Source of the DNA: an uncultured Muribaculaceae bacterium
GTDB taxonomy: Bacteria; Bacillota_I; Bacilli_A; RF39; UBA660
NCBI GenBank assembly: GCA_964630365.1
Contig: CAZVUP010000002.1
Coordinates: 10,188 to 74,187 of the forward strand
Reading direction: 5' to 3'
Length of the DNA: 64,000 bases
Shown piece after piece: positions 1 through 9,951 of the stretch. Made by a program: the position numbers and the translations under genes. Below the pieces are notes generated by a model that was given only the letters and a program-made list of their open reading frames with translations, ran no database searches and had not been told where the DNA came from. The stretch's first letter is position 1. Each line of letters starts with the position of its first letter.

Positions 1-133
1 GAACTAAAATCAATATCTCTATCTTCTTGAAATTTATTATATATATAATATGTAGAAAAAACTGCTAATAATAATATAACTGTACTATATATTATATTTA
101 TTCTTAATTCTTTTTTTCGATTATACATAGTCC
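1..133 (-). CDS. hypothetical membrane-anchored protein, N-terminal part; gene runs off the window start
   Basis: Minus-strand ATG at 131-133 preceded by GAGGTGG RBS. Translation MYNRKKELRINIIYSTVILLLAVFSTYYIYNKFQEDRDIDFS has a hydrophobic signal-anchor. Partial ORF, not in the supplied track. Confidence 0.3.
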
Positions 134-205
134 ACCTCATTAATATAATATAATTTTAAATTAAACTTTTAAAGCTTATTAATTCTAAAATACATATTTT
201 TACAA

Positions 206-1111
206 TTATTTACATATTTCAGAAAACACTTTATAAACTGTATCTAAACTATCACAATTAACTATAAATCTTGCTGAATGACAAAATCTTAAACCTTTAA
301 TACCTGCTACATCTTCTAATTCCTTACCAGTAAGTCCACCCCACTCTTCAGGAAATTCTAACCGTGCCGTCCTATCTTCAATACTTTTAGGCAAAGTCTT
401 AATAGCATAACCACCTCGGTTAGATGGGAATGCTACAAACAATAAATTAACTGCATTCGCATGACTTAATAATACTTCTTCATATGGTAAATATTCATCT
501 AAAATCAAGTATTTACTATTTATATCAATAGTATCTAAAATATCTTGAACCTTTTTATCTGCAATTACTTTACCATTAATATATAATAACTCTTCTTCAA
601 TAATTGTCTTTGCTAAACCAACTGCTTTTATAAATTGTTCACTTTCATTTTGAAAAGAATCATAACTAGGATTAAAAAGCTTAATAACATTACTTAATGT
701 TTTTACTTTATAATTTGCTTCAATCTTAGGAAATTGTCCATTATCATCAGCATCTATCGCTTCAATTAAGTCTTTATCAATTGCCAAAAACATCTCATCA
801 ACATAAGAAAAATCCTGACTCTTCAAGAATTCTTTACCAAATTCTCGCCATAACAATCCAAATGCGGCATAAATAACACCATTTTCACGTTTTAAAACAT
901 CATTTTGATGATGATCAAATTTACCTCGACCAATATCATAAACAATGACATTTTCATCCACATCTTTTGCCTCAATATTACTTGTTCTAAATACTTTGAC
1001 ATCTCCTAAAAACAATTCTAAAAAAGCCGTTGAAAACACTTCATCAGCATGCATTGTCCCACTATGAGTTATACAATTTGCTTCATTAATATTATCTACA
1101 ACTCTAATCAT
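206..1111 (-). CDS. MYG1/UPF0160 family metal-dependent hydrolase
   Basis: N-terminal ITHSGTMHADEVFSTAFL matches the MYG1 THSGxFHADE signature. 301 aa. Confidence 0.65.
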   Translation of the reverse strand: MIRVVDNINEANCITHSGTMHADEVFSTAFLELFLGDVKVFRTSNIEAKDVDENVIVYDIGRGKFDHHQNDVLKRENGVIYAAFGLLWREFGKEFLKSQDFSYVDEMFLAIDKDLIEAIDADDNGQFPKIEANYKVKTLSNVIKLFNPSYDSFQNESEQFIKAVGLAKTIIEEELLYINGKVIADKKVQDILDTIDINSKYLILDEYLPYEEVLLSHANAVNLLFVAFPSNRGGYAIKTLPKSIEDRTARLEFPEEWGGLTGKELEDVAGIKGLRFCHSARFIVNCDSLDTVYKVFSEICK

Positions 1112-1114
1112 ATT

Positions 1115-1789
1115 TTACCTCTCATCACTTCTAGCAATTAATAAAAGCCTAAATATTTGTAAAATAGCCGTTGCTACCGAAGCAACATAAGTAAGAGCTG
1201 CTGCTTTCAACATTTTATAACATAGTCTGTGTTCTCTTTTAGAAACAATTTCTAGTTCTTCTAACTGTTTTAAAGCTCTACTAGAGGCATTAAATTCAAC
1301 CGGTAATGTAACTACTTGAAATAATAAAATAATAAACTCTAAAAATATACCAATCCATAAAAATCCAGTCAATGATGTAAATAACCCTATCATAATAGCG
1401 ATATAACCAAGTCTTGAAGAAAGATTAACAATTGGAACAATACTATTTCTAAATCTTAAGAAAAAATAATCATTCTTATCTTGAATTGCATGACCACATT
1501 CATGAGCAGCTACACTAAGTGATGCTATTGAATCATTATTATAAATATCTGTCGATAAACTAACAGTTTTATTTCTTGGATCATAATGATCAGTAAGCAT
1601 TCCACTAACTTCTAATACTTTAACGTTTTTCAAACCATTTTTATCAAGAATTTTTCTAGCAACTTCACGACCAGTCATTTTTGAATCAGCTTTTATTTTT
1701 TTTGTTCTTTTATACATACTATTTATGTACCATTGAGCACCTAAAGTAATAACTAATGTAATAAGTATAATTAACATTTCATAACTCAC
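1115..1789 (-). CDS. membrane zinc metallopeptidase, YugP-like (Zn_peptidase_2)
   Basis: N-terminal TM helix, then AAHECGHAIQD (HExxH). The block GREVARKILDKNGL...LTDHYDP matches the YugP family layout. Confidence 0.7.
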   Translation of the reverse strand: MSYEMLIILITLVITLGAQWYINSMYKRTKKIKADSKMTGREVARKILDKNGLKNVKVLEVSGMLTDHYDPRNKTVSLSTDIYNNDSIASLSVAAHECGHAIQDKNDYFFLRFRNSIVPIVNLSSRLGYIAIMIGLFTSLTGFLWIGIFLEFIILLFQVVTLPVEFNASSRALKQLEELEIVSKREHRLCYKMLKAAALTYVASVATAILQIFRLLLIARSDER

Positions 1790-1845
1790 AATATATCATC
1801 TCCAAATCTACTCTCATTATATCATAATATTTAAAAAATACTACT

Positions 1846-3648
1846 CTATTTAGTAGTATTTTTCTTCTTTGAATAACCTTTAATATTTTTAAAAGACCCA
1901 TTTAGAGCTAAAGAACTGTTAATTAAAACAATAAGTCCTAAACCACTACCTAGTAACAACCAATCTGGTCTTTTAAATTGTTTTGTTGCAAATTCTTCAT
2001 TATCTTTAGCTGTCGGAATACGAGTATAGTCAACTATCGAATAATCAACATTTAAATAACCTTTTGAATTTCCAGCACCAGCATCAACACAAACATTGGT
2101 TGATTGTGCAACTGCTGCATTATATTCTTTATTATTTAAAACTTCTGCTGGTTTTACTTCATCTAGTTCAATTGCTTCATCACTTGTAGAATATTGATCT
2201 CCCCCAGCAATCCAAACTTGCAATACATCTGAGATTGGATAGTCAACACAACTTTGTAAAAATTTATAATCATTTTGAGTACAATAGATACCAGGAATAT
2301 ATCCTGCCTCTCTAAGTGTTGTTGACCAATCTTCTATCATTTTCACAACCTGTGTCTTTGTAAAATGTGCATTAGCTCCATGCTCATATTCTAAACATAA
2401 ATATACAGGATAACTAACATCTTTATCTTTTAATAAACTTAATACTTGATCTGTTTGAACAGCTAAACGCTTTGCAAATTCATCTGAATTAATCATATCA
2501 GAATTATCAACTTTATTATAACAATAAACACCAAATGGAATATTATAAAGTTCACAATTAGCAGCATTAACTTCAAATGTAGGATCAACATCAAGTCCAG
2601 TAGAACATCTTAAAATTGCAAAACCAAAGTTTTCAGCAATTTTATCCCAATTGATTTCAGCATCTTGATATAATGATAAGTCACATCCACGAATAGCTTC
2701 ATCTAAAACCTCAAAATCTTCAAGCCCCTTATATTGTCTAATAGCACTTTTACTTGGAACTCTAAGTACTGTACCTTCAACAACATCTCTCTTTTTCATA
2801 CCATTATACTCAAGTAAATCATTAACACTCATATTAAATTCTAAAGCAATATCTATAATATCGTCATCTTTCTGAACTACATAACTATAGTCTCCAACAA
2901 AGTATTCTGGATTGTTATCTTTAGAATTAAATTCTCCAGATAAGAAATGCCAAGTAGTAGTTACAATACCCTCTAAATCTTTAATAAGATCAAGATTATC
3001 ACGATCAGGATACTGAATTATCTCACTATCCATCACTAAAAATTTCTTACAATCATCAATTACACAATATTTAACTAATCTCGATAAATTTATATCAGTA
3101 CCACTGATACCAACCACAATATGATTTTCACTACATTTTCTAATAAAATCATTAACTAATATTTCCCTTTGTTCATTAGATAATTTTTCATTGGTAACAA
3201 TTTTATCAATATTTAAAAACACTGGAAAATTAACATCATATTCTTCCAAAACACTTTTAGCATATTCAATATCATCATAAATATCAGCTTCATTTTCTGC
3301 TGAAGATGTAATTTCAATTCCAAGTGAAATATCTTGATCATTACACATTTTCATTTTTCTATCTTGAAAATGCACACCCATACTGTCGTGATCACCAACA
3401 TTTAAAACAACAAAATCTTCTGGATAAACTTTAAAATTATATATTGGATTTATATTAGTATAACCAATTGAGTTTTCTAATCCTCCACCAATTGCGTCAT
3501 CACGCATCTTTTTTGATAAAGAAAAAGTAACAACTCCTGTACCTATACCAGCAGCCAATAATAAAGCTACTACTTTTTTGTTAACTTTTATTTTTTTCAT
3601 ACAAACAACCCCTTTTTTAATAGCGATGCCTATTATAACACAAACCAT
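1846..3648 (-). CDS. secreted LysM-domain cell-wall hydrolase with GH25 (lysozyme/muramidase)-like domain
   Basis: N-terminal signal/TM. LysM-like block YSYVVQKDDDIIDIALEFNMSVNDLLEYNG. GH25-like block INWDKIAENFGFAILRCSTGLDVDPTFEVNAANCELYNIPFGVYCY. Confidence 0.6.
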   Translation of the reverse strand: MVCVIIGIAIKKGVVCMKKIKVNKKVVALLLAAGIGTGVVTFSLSKKMRDDAIGGGLENSIGYTNINPIYNFKVYPEDFVVLNVGDHDSMGVHFQDRKMKMCNDQDISLGIEITSSAENEADIYDDIEYAKSVLEEYDVNFPVFLNIDKIVTNEKLSNEQREILVNDFIRKCSENHIVVGISGTDINLSRLVKYCVIDDCKKFLVMDSEIIQYPDRDNLDLIKDLEGIVTTTWHFLSGEFNSKDNNPEYFVGDYSYVVQKDDDIIDIALEFNMSVNDLLEYNGMKKRDVVEGTVLRVPSKSAIRQYKGLEDFEVLDEAIRGCDLSLYQDAEINWDKIAENFGFAILRCSTGLDVDPTFEVNAANCELYNIPFGVYCYNKVDNSDMINSDEFAKRLAVQTDQVLSLLKDKDVSYPVYLCLEYEHGANAHFTKTQVVKMIEDWSTTLREAGYIPGIYCTQNDYKFLQSCVDYPISDVLQVWIAGGDQYSTSDEAIELDEVKPAEVLNNKEYNAAVAQSTNVCVDAGAGNSKGYLNVDYSIVDYTRIPTAKDNEEFATKQFKRPDWLLLGSGLGLIVLINSSLALNGSFKNIKGYSKKKNTTK

Positions 3649-3688
3649 TTAAAAAGTAAAGAAAAAGCCAGCATATTGATTGACTGAC

Positions 3689-5272
3689 TTATACTCTATA
3701 AATTTTTGCTATACTTTCTGCAACTTTCACCCCATCAATAGCAGCAGTGGTAATTCCTCCTGCATACCCTGCACCTTCTCCACATGGATAAATTCCAGAA
3801 ACATTTGAAACACCAAACTCATTTCTAACGATAATAACTGGTGAACTAGTTCTACTCTCCACACCTAACAAAACAGCATCATCACGAGCAAACCCTTTAA
3901 TCTTTTTATCAAAATTAGGAATCGCTTCCTTTAAAGATTCCGTAATATATTCTGGTAAAACTTTATTTAAATCAGCAAAACTATATTCACCCTTAGTATT
4001 TGGAACGATATTACCTAATTTAGTCGTCTCACAACCTATAACAAAATCTTTATACAATTGAACAGGTATTTTTCCTTGACCAACTTTATAAGCATTTTCT
4101 TCTAATCTTCTTTGGAATTCAATTCCAGAAAGCGGATCATTACCAAAATCAGATGCTGTAACAGTAACTACAAGAGCACTATTGGCATTAACTTCATCTC
4201 GCTTATAATTACTCATGCCATTAACTACAAGTCTATTTTCTTCACTAGATGCATTAACAACAAAACCACCAGGGCACATACAAAAAGAATATACCCCTCT
4301 TCCACTTTTAGTTTGATAAGTTAACTTATAACTTGCTGGTTCCAATAATTTATATTTATCTCCATATTGATTCTTACTAATCATTTCTTGTGGGTGTTCA
4401 ATTCTAACTCCAACAGCAAAGTTTTTAGCTTTCATAGTAATATTTTTATCATGAAGTAATTTAAAAGTATCCCTTGCTGAATGACCGATTGCTAAAACTA
4501 GGATTGAGCAATTAATTATTTCTTTGTTATTAACTTCAATTGCTTTAATAGTATCAGACTCAATAATCAAATTAGTCAACTTTGTATTATATCTAAATTC
4601 TCCACCCATACTTATGATCTTTTTACGAATATTAATAATTACTTTCCGTAAAATATCTGTCCCAATATGCGGTTTATTCAAATACATAATTTCTTCTGGC
4701 GCACCAGCTTCCACAAATATTTCAAATACTCTTTTACCCCTATTTAATTTATCCTTAATAAGTGTATTTAATTTACCATCAGAAAAAGTTCCTGCTCCAC
4801 CTTCACCAAACTGAACATTAGAATTAGGATTTAACTTATTAGTCTTAAAGAATTCTTCAACAGTCTTAACCCTTTCTTCTATCATTTCCCCTTGTTCAAT
4901 TATTAATGGTTTATATCCAGCTTCAGCAAGCATATATGCGCAAAACAAACCACTTGGTCCACTACCAACAATAACTATTCTATCATTTATTTGTTTTGTA
5001 CCTGTAACCAAAAATTTATAATCTTCATCATCAACTAAAAATATATCATTAGTTAAAGATATTTTTTTCTGAGATTTAACCTTCACATCAAATTCATATA
5101 CAAAAAAAATATTATTCTTATCCCTAGCATCAATTGATTTCTTAACTATTTTATAATTTTCTATTTCAGAGGTATTTATTCTTAACTTTGAACTAATTTT
5201 TTTTATAATATTTTCTGGATTATCTTTTAATATGGAAATTTTTACTTGTCTTACCCTAATCATAATCATCAC
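3689..5272 (-). CDS. FAD-dependent protein (COG2509-type uncharacterized FAD-dependent dehydrogenase)
   Basis: Rossmann dinucleotide motif IVIVGSGPSGLFCAYMLAEAG. Length and C-terminal region fit the COG2509 family. Confidence 0.65.
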   Translation of the reverse strand: MMIMIRVRQVKISILKDNPENIIKKISSKLRINTSEIENYKIVKKSIDARDKNNIFFVYEFDVKVKSQKKISLTNDIFLVDDEDYKFLVTGTKQINDRIVIVGSGPSGLFCAYMLAEAGYKPLIIEQGEMIEERVKTVEEFFKTNKLNPNSNVQFGEGGAGTFSDGKLNTLIKDKLNRGKRVFEIFVEAGAPEEIMYLNKPHIGTDILRKVIINIRKKIISMGGEFRYNTKLTNLIIESDTIKAIEVNNKEIINCSILVLAIGHSARDTFKLLHDKNITMKAKNFAVGVRIEHPQEMISKNQYGDKYKLLEPASYKLTYQTKSGRGVYSFCMCPGGFVVNASSEENRLVVNGMSNYKRDEVNANSALVVTVTASDFGNDPLSGIEFQRRLEENAYKVGQGKIPVQLYKDFVIGCETTKLGNIVPNTKGEYSFADLNKVLPEYITESLKEAIPNFDKKIKGFARDDAVLLGVESRTSSPVIIVRNEFGVSNVSGIYPCGEGAGYAGGITTAAIDGVKVAESIAKIYRV

Positions 5273-6497
5273 CTATACTATTACCAATTAATAAACCTGA
5301 AAGCCAAGCAATAGTCAAATTATAACCACCACATTTTCCAGTAAGATCTAATAATTCCCCAGCAATATATAAATTTTTAACTTTCTTAGATTCACAATTT
5401 TTCAAATTAATTTCGGATAATGGAATACCACCACTACAAACTTGCGAATTATCAAATGACTTTGTTCCAGATATTTCTAAATTCATAGCAAATAAATTAT
5501 TAATTAATCGCTCTTTTTCACTATTAGTAAGTTTATCAAAATAATTATCATAATCTAGATTTGCTACTTTAAGAATTATTTTAGCTAACTTATAATTTAG
5601 TAACCCTTCTAATAACTCTAATAAAGTTCTACCATAAACTTTCTTATTGTATTCTTCTAACCAAATAATTCTATCGCCTTTTACAAATGGTAAATAATTA
5701 ATCTTAATTATTTCTTTTTTTCCTAAATCCAAACCTCTACTTATCAAAATACTTAAATTAAAGGTACAAATACCACTTAGTCCATAATCTGTAAACTGAG
5801 CTTCACCTTCTTCACTAGCAACAAGTCTACCATTTTCATAAAGCTCTAATCTAACTTCACTCCTAACCCCAGCCCAATCTTTTAAGTATTTAAAATTAGC
5901 TTCAACTTGAACTAATGCTGGTAAAGGCTTAATTATTGTATGCCCAAAACTTTTTAAAAAATCATATCCCATACCAGTAGATCCAGTTTTAGGATAAGCA
6001 CATCCCCCAGTAGCAAGCACCAACTTTTTACATTGTATTTTAGAAGAATCAGAATTAATTATAAAAACATCATCATTTTTAATTATTTCAGTTACTAAAT
6101 AATTATTTCTAACTTCAATTTTATTTCTTTTTAATTCATTAAGTAAAATATTTTTAATAGTAATTGCTTGATTAGAAAAAGGATAGTAATAACCATCTTT
6201 GATTTTAGGAACAACTCCTAAATTGTCAAAAAATTCTTTAACAAGATTAATATTATCGCTAGTAATTATTTCACCAACTAATTCCAAATTGTTAGAATAA
6301 TAATTATTTATATTTTGATCATCATTAAAATAATTACATCTTCCATTACCAGTAATTAATAATTTCTTTAAACATTCACTATTTCTTTCTAAAATTAATA
6401 CACGATTATTACTAGTTTTAGCTTTTAGTGCTGCTACAACTCCACTAGCTCCACCACCAACTATAACAACATCATACATACTACCCCTCCAATGCAA
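5256..6497 (-). CDS. HI0933/YhiN (BaiN-like, aminoacetone oxidase family) flavoprotein
   Basis: MYDVVIVGGGASGVVAALKA FAD motif. 413 aa. NGRCNYFN and the C-terminal GG...LTGKCGGYNL are typical of HI0933-like proteins. Confidence 0.7.
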   Translation of the reverse strand: MHWRGSMYDVVIVGGGASGVVAALKAKTSNNRVLILERNSECLKKLLITGNGRCNYFNDDQNINNYYSNNLELVGEIITSDNINLVKEFFDNLGVVPKIKDGYYYPFSNQAITIKNILLNELKRNKIEVRNNYLVTEIIKNDDVFIINSDSSKIQCKKLVLATGGCAYPKTGSTGMGYDFLKSFGHTIIKPLPALVQVEANFKYLKDWAGVRSEVRLELYENGRLVASEEGEAQFTDYGLSGICTFNLSILISRGLDLGKKEIIKINYLPFVKGDRIIWLEEYNKKVYGRTLLELLEGLLNYKLAKIILKVANLDYDNYFDKLTNSEKERLINNLFAMNLEISGTKSFDNSQVCSGGIPLSEINLKNCESKKVKNLYIAGELLDLTGKCGGYNLTIAWLSGLLIGNSIGDDYD

Positions 6498-6593
6498 CTA
6501 AATTATAACAAAAAATAAAAAATATTACTACATCAATAAAAAAATAAGATTGAGAAAAAGAAAAATTTATACTATACTTAAACTGGTGATTAT

Positions 6594-8222
6594 ATGAAAA
6601 ATAAGAAAAAGGTGAAACTTAAAAAGAAAGGATTACTAATTTTTACTATTTTATTCATTATAGTAATTATAACTGCTATTATATCCCAAAAAATATTATC
6701 TAATAATTATCAAAAAAAATTTAGTGAATTTGTAATAACAACTAAAAACAACAATCTTTATGATAAAAATAATAAGATTGCTGGTACCATAATTAAAAAT
6801 GTTGAATTAATACTTGATAAAGAAAAAAGTCATTCTAAATATTTTAATATTAAAAATACTAATTACTATATTTACTATAAAGATATTAAAAAGACTGAAA
6901 AAATAGAACGTTCAGAAAAAAATGATACCTATTTACCCCTTAATAAAGTAATAAAATCTAAGAAAAAAACAACATTATATAAAGACAACAAAAAAATAAT
7001 AACTCTAAATACATTAAATATAAATGTTAATTCTGAAGATGATAATAATTATTATGTATATTTTTCTAATCACTTATATAGTATTAAAAAAAATAAAGTA
7101 ATAACTGAAAAACAAACTGAAGAAAAAAATGAAATTGCCAAAAAAGTAAGTGTTTTATTCTATGATAGTATTGAACCAACTTGTAACAATTATAACTGTA
7201 CGACTATTGATAATTTCAAAAGACAAATTGAGTTATTAAAAAATAATGGTTTTTATACTATAAACGAAAATGACTATAATAGGTTTTTAAAAAACTATAT
7301 TAACTTAAAAGATAAAGCCCTTTATATAATAACAAACACAACAAATGAAAATATTACTTCTTTAACAAAAGAATTAAATATCACAATAGATAAAAATAAT
7401 GATGGTATAAAATACTTATCAACAAATAAATCTTCTCTAAAAAATAGTGATTATAATATTAGAGATCGTTATCAAATAAAAAGTTATACTAGCGATGAGA
7501 ATTTACTTAAAATGGCTAATGGTGAAGAAGTTAAAGAAACAACTGCTGAAGATAATAAAACACAAAAAATACCAGTTCTCAATTACCATTTTTTCTATGA
7601 TTCAAGTCTAGGTGAACAATGTAATGAAAGTATCTGTCTAGAAGTTTCAAAATTAAGAGAACATTTAGAATACTTAAAAAATAATAATTATAAAACATTA
7701 ACTATGAATGAGTTTATGCGCTGGATGTATGGTGAAATAGAATTACCAGAAAAATCCATTTTAATAACAATAGATGATGGTGCAATGGGTACAGGTGCTC
7801 ATAACGGTAATAAACTAATACCAATGCTCGAAGAATATAAAATGCATGCTACTCTATTCTTAATTGCTGGTTGGTGGGATATTTTTAACTACCAATCACC
7901 CTATCTTGATATACAGTCACATACATATGATATGCATCAATATGGTCCTTGTGGCCGCGGTCAACTAAATTGTGCAACCTATGAAGAAGCTAAAGCTGAT
8001 CTTCAAAAATCAATTGATATAATAGGTAATAATGACTCATTCTGTTTCCCATTTTATATGTATAGTGATACATCTCTTAAAGCAATTCAAGATACAGGAT
8101 TTAAAATTGCTTTTGTAGGTGGCATGCGTAAAGCAAACAGAACCAATAACAAATATTTAATACCAAGATATCCAATCCATAGTGATATCACATTAAATGA
8201 TTTTATGAATATGGTTAACTAA
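6594..8222 (+). CDS. polysaccharide deacetylase (NodB-homology) family protein with Lys/Asn-rich N-terminal region
   Basis: N-terminal TM. PVLNYHFF and ILITIDDGAMGT (NodB motif 1). HTYDMHQ His motif. Low-complexity K/N-rich linker. Confidence 0.6.
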   Translation: MKNKKKVKLKKKGLLIFTILFIIVIITAIISQKILSNNYQKKFSEFVITTKNNNLYDKNNKIAGTIIKNVELILDKEKSHSKYFNIKNTNYYIYYKDIKKTEKIERSEKNDTYLPLNKVIKSKKKTTLYKDNKKIITLNTLNINVNSEDDNNYYVYFSNHLYSIKKNKVITEKQTEEKNEIAKKVSVLFYDSIEPTCNNYNCTTIDNFKRQIELLKNNGFYTINENDYNRFLKNYINLKDKALYIITNTTNENITSLTKELNITIDKNNDGIKYLSTNKSSLKNSDYNIRDRYQIKSYTSDENLLKMANGEEVKETTAEDNKTQKIPVLNYHFFYDSSLGEQCNESICLEVSKLREHLEYLKNNNYKTLTMNEFMRWMYGEIELPEKSILITIDDGAMGTGAHNGNKLIPMLEEYKMHATLFLIAGWWDIFNYQSPYLDIQSHTYDMHQYGPCGRGQLNCATYEEAKADLQKSIDIIGNNDSFCFPFYMYSDTSLKAIQDTGFKIAFVGGMRKANRTNNKYLIPRYPIHSDITLNDFMNMVN

Positions 8223-8223
8223 A

Positions 8224-8252
8224 AAAAATAATGCTACTTTGTAGCATTATTT
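8224..8252. terminator. bidirectional rho-independent terminator
   Basis: Inverted repeat AATAATGCTAC tttg TAGCATTATT flanked by A-run and T-run, between convergent genes. Confidence 0.5.
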
Positions 8253-8791
8253 TATTTATATATTACATGAATATCTTGATTAACAACTTTTCCATCACTA
8301 TTCAACTGAGCACATATCTCATCTTGTTCTAAATACAAATCTTTAACCGAAGTCGCCAATAAAACTTCTTTCTTATCACTAGAAATATTCATATAATATA
8401 AATTTCCATCCCTTAAGAAAAACTTATCATTAGATGAACCTGAATATCCAGTAGCACTAACAATCTTCTCAGCAGTAATTTTTACTTTTTCTCCATTTTG
8501 ATTAACAAATTCTTCAGTATAAAGTTGTTTAGTATTAGTATTATCACTAGTTGAAGAATCATTAGTAACAGTCTCACCATTATCAACGTTTACATCAACT
8601 TTAGAATCATCACTAGACTTATCTTTACTTCTTACACCAGAATCTGTATCTTTTTCACTAGTATCAATTTCTTTTGTCTCTTTTCCATCATTAAATTTAA
8701 AATATGCAAAAGAACATAATACACCCATTAAAAATATAAAAATACCTACTAAGACTTTTGTTAAAATTGAATTATCTTTCTTTCCATCCAT
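8252..8791 (-). CDS. hypothetical membrane-anchored protein with acidic Ser/Asp-rich linker
   Basis: ORF with N-terminal TM (VLVGIFIFLMGVLCSFAYF). No recognisable catalytic motif. Confidence 0.4.
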   Translation of the reverse strand: MDGKKDNSILTKVLVGIFIFLMGVLCSFAYFKFNDGKETKEIDTSEKDTDSGVRSKDKSSDDSKVDVNVDNGETVTNDSSTSDNTNTKQLYTEEFVNQNGEKVKITAEKIVSATGYSGSSNDKFFLRDGNLYYMNISSDKKEVLLATSVKDLYLEQDEICAQLNSDGKVVNQDIHVIYK

Positions 8792-8927
8792 TTCAATATC
8801 ACCGCCTTTAATATATCACATAGGAATTATTTATCAAATTATATTTTTATTATTAATATTTATTTGACACTAAATTTACATGATAAAAAAGATTAATAAA
8901 TATTATAATATTTATATAATGATAAAG

Positions 8928-8960
8928 GAAAAAAGAAATAGTTCGAACTAACTATTTCTT
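8928..8960. terminator. hairpin terminator downstream of 8965..9930 gene
   Basis: GAAATAGTT cgaact AACTATTTC with T-runs on both strands. Confidence 0.4.
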
Positions 8961-8964
8961 TTTT

Positions 8965-9930
8965 TTACATCTTCTTAACAAATTGTACAGCAGATTTTTC
9001 AACATTACTCTTTTCTGTAAAAGACTTATCTATAACTAATCCAGGTTGTAACATTTCTTTCAAAAACACTTCATTTAAATATCGATATATTTCACTTTCT
9101 TCAAACTTCTTTTTACTAGAATTTATAGACCAATCTACTGGAATACCACCAATAATGCTAGTATTAGAAATCATTCTTCTTTGTTCTAGATCAATATACC
9201 AAGTAATCGGCTCTATTTTAAAACAAGCATAACCACCTTTTATCTTAAGAATCGTATACATATCACCATCTTTTATAAATATAGGTGCTTTTCTAAAAGT
9301 GTGAGCCTTAGAATCATAAATAGTAAATCCGTCACAGTCGGTTTCACTAAAATCATCAATAGATGATTTAAATATAACTTCTTGAGGATAATAACCATAT
9401 TCAATTGTTCCAATATTTTCTCGATAATCTTCAGGTACATCAACAAAGTTAAGTGTTTTATTTGGCAAACTTTTAATCTCAGAAATAGCCTGGCTCAAAA
9501 CCTCATCTGCTTCATCATAAGTTATAACCGGTCTAATATTAGTATGATTAGCAAAACTTATCTCCTTAAATGGTGGATTAGCATGTAATGAGTAAGAAAA
9601 TCTATTGGCATTTTCGTAATATAATACATTATATCTTCCATATTTACCTAAACCAAAATTATAAATATAATAAGTCCTAGCGGTTTTATTATGAGCTATT
9701 ATTTCGTATCTATATCTTTCACCATCTGAGCACCATCCTGCCCAATCTGAAGCAGATAAATCATAGAACCTACAGGCATAGTACATCGCAATATGATTCA
9801 ATAAAAATTCATTACCAACTAGCGGAGTAAAATAATCAATATTAAGGTCTCTATTCCTTTTTCCAATATAATGTCTATTATCTGTAATAAATAATTCATC
9901 ATCACTTAGTATTGTTGCTTTTAAATTCAT
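8965..9930 (-). CDS. hypothetical protein; C-terminal P-x-L-x-IDKSFTE motif
   Basis: 321-aa ORF with no TM and no known motif recognised. Shares its C-terminal motif with the upstream 430-aa ORF. Confidence 0.5.
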   Translation of the reverse strand: MNLKATILSDDELFITDNRHYIGKRNRDLNIDYFTPLVGNEFLLNHIAMYYACRFYDLSASDWAGWCSDGERYRYEIIAHNKTARTYYIYNFGLGKYGRYNVLYYENANRFSYSLHANPPFKEISFANHTNIRPVITYDEADEVLSQAISEIKSLPNKTLNFVDVPEDYRENIGTIEYGYYPQEVIFKSSIDDFSETDCDGFTIYDSKAHTFRKAPIFIKDGDMYTILKIKGGYACFKIEPITWYIDLEQRRMISNTSIIGGIPVDWSINSSKKKFEESEIYRYLNEVFLKEMLQPGLVIDKSFTEKSNVEKSAVQFVKKM

Positions 9931-9951
9931 ATTATCACTTCCCTAACATTA

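Noticed and set aside
4112-4814. Plus-strand ORFs 4112..4324 and 4524..4814 inside the FAD-dependent protein gene
   Set aside because: Antisense to a well-supported long CDS; AT-rich chance ORFs.
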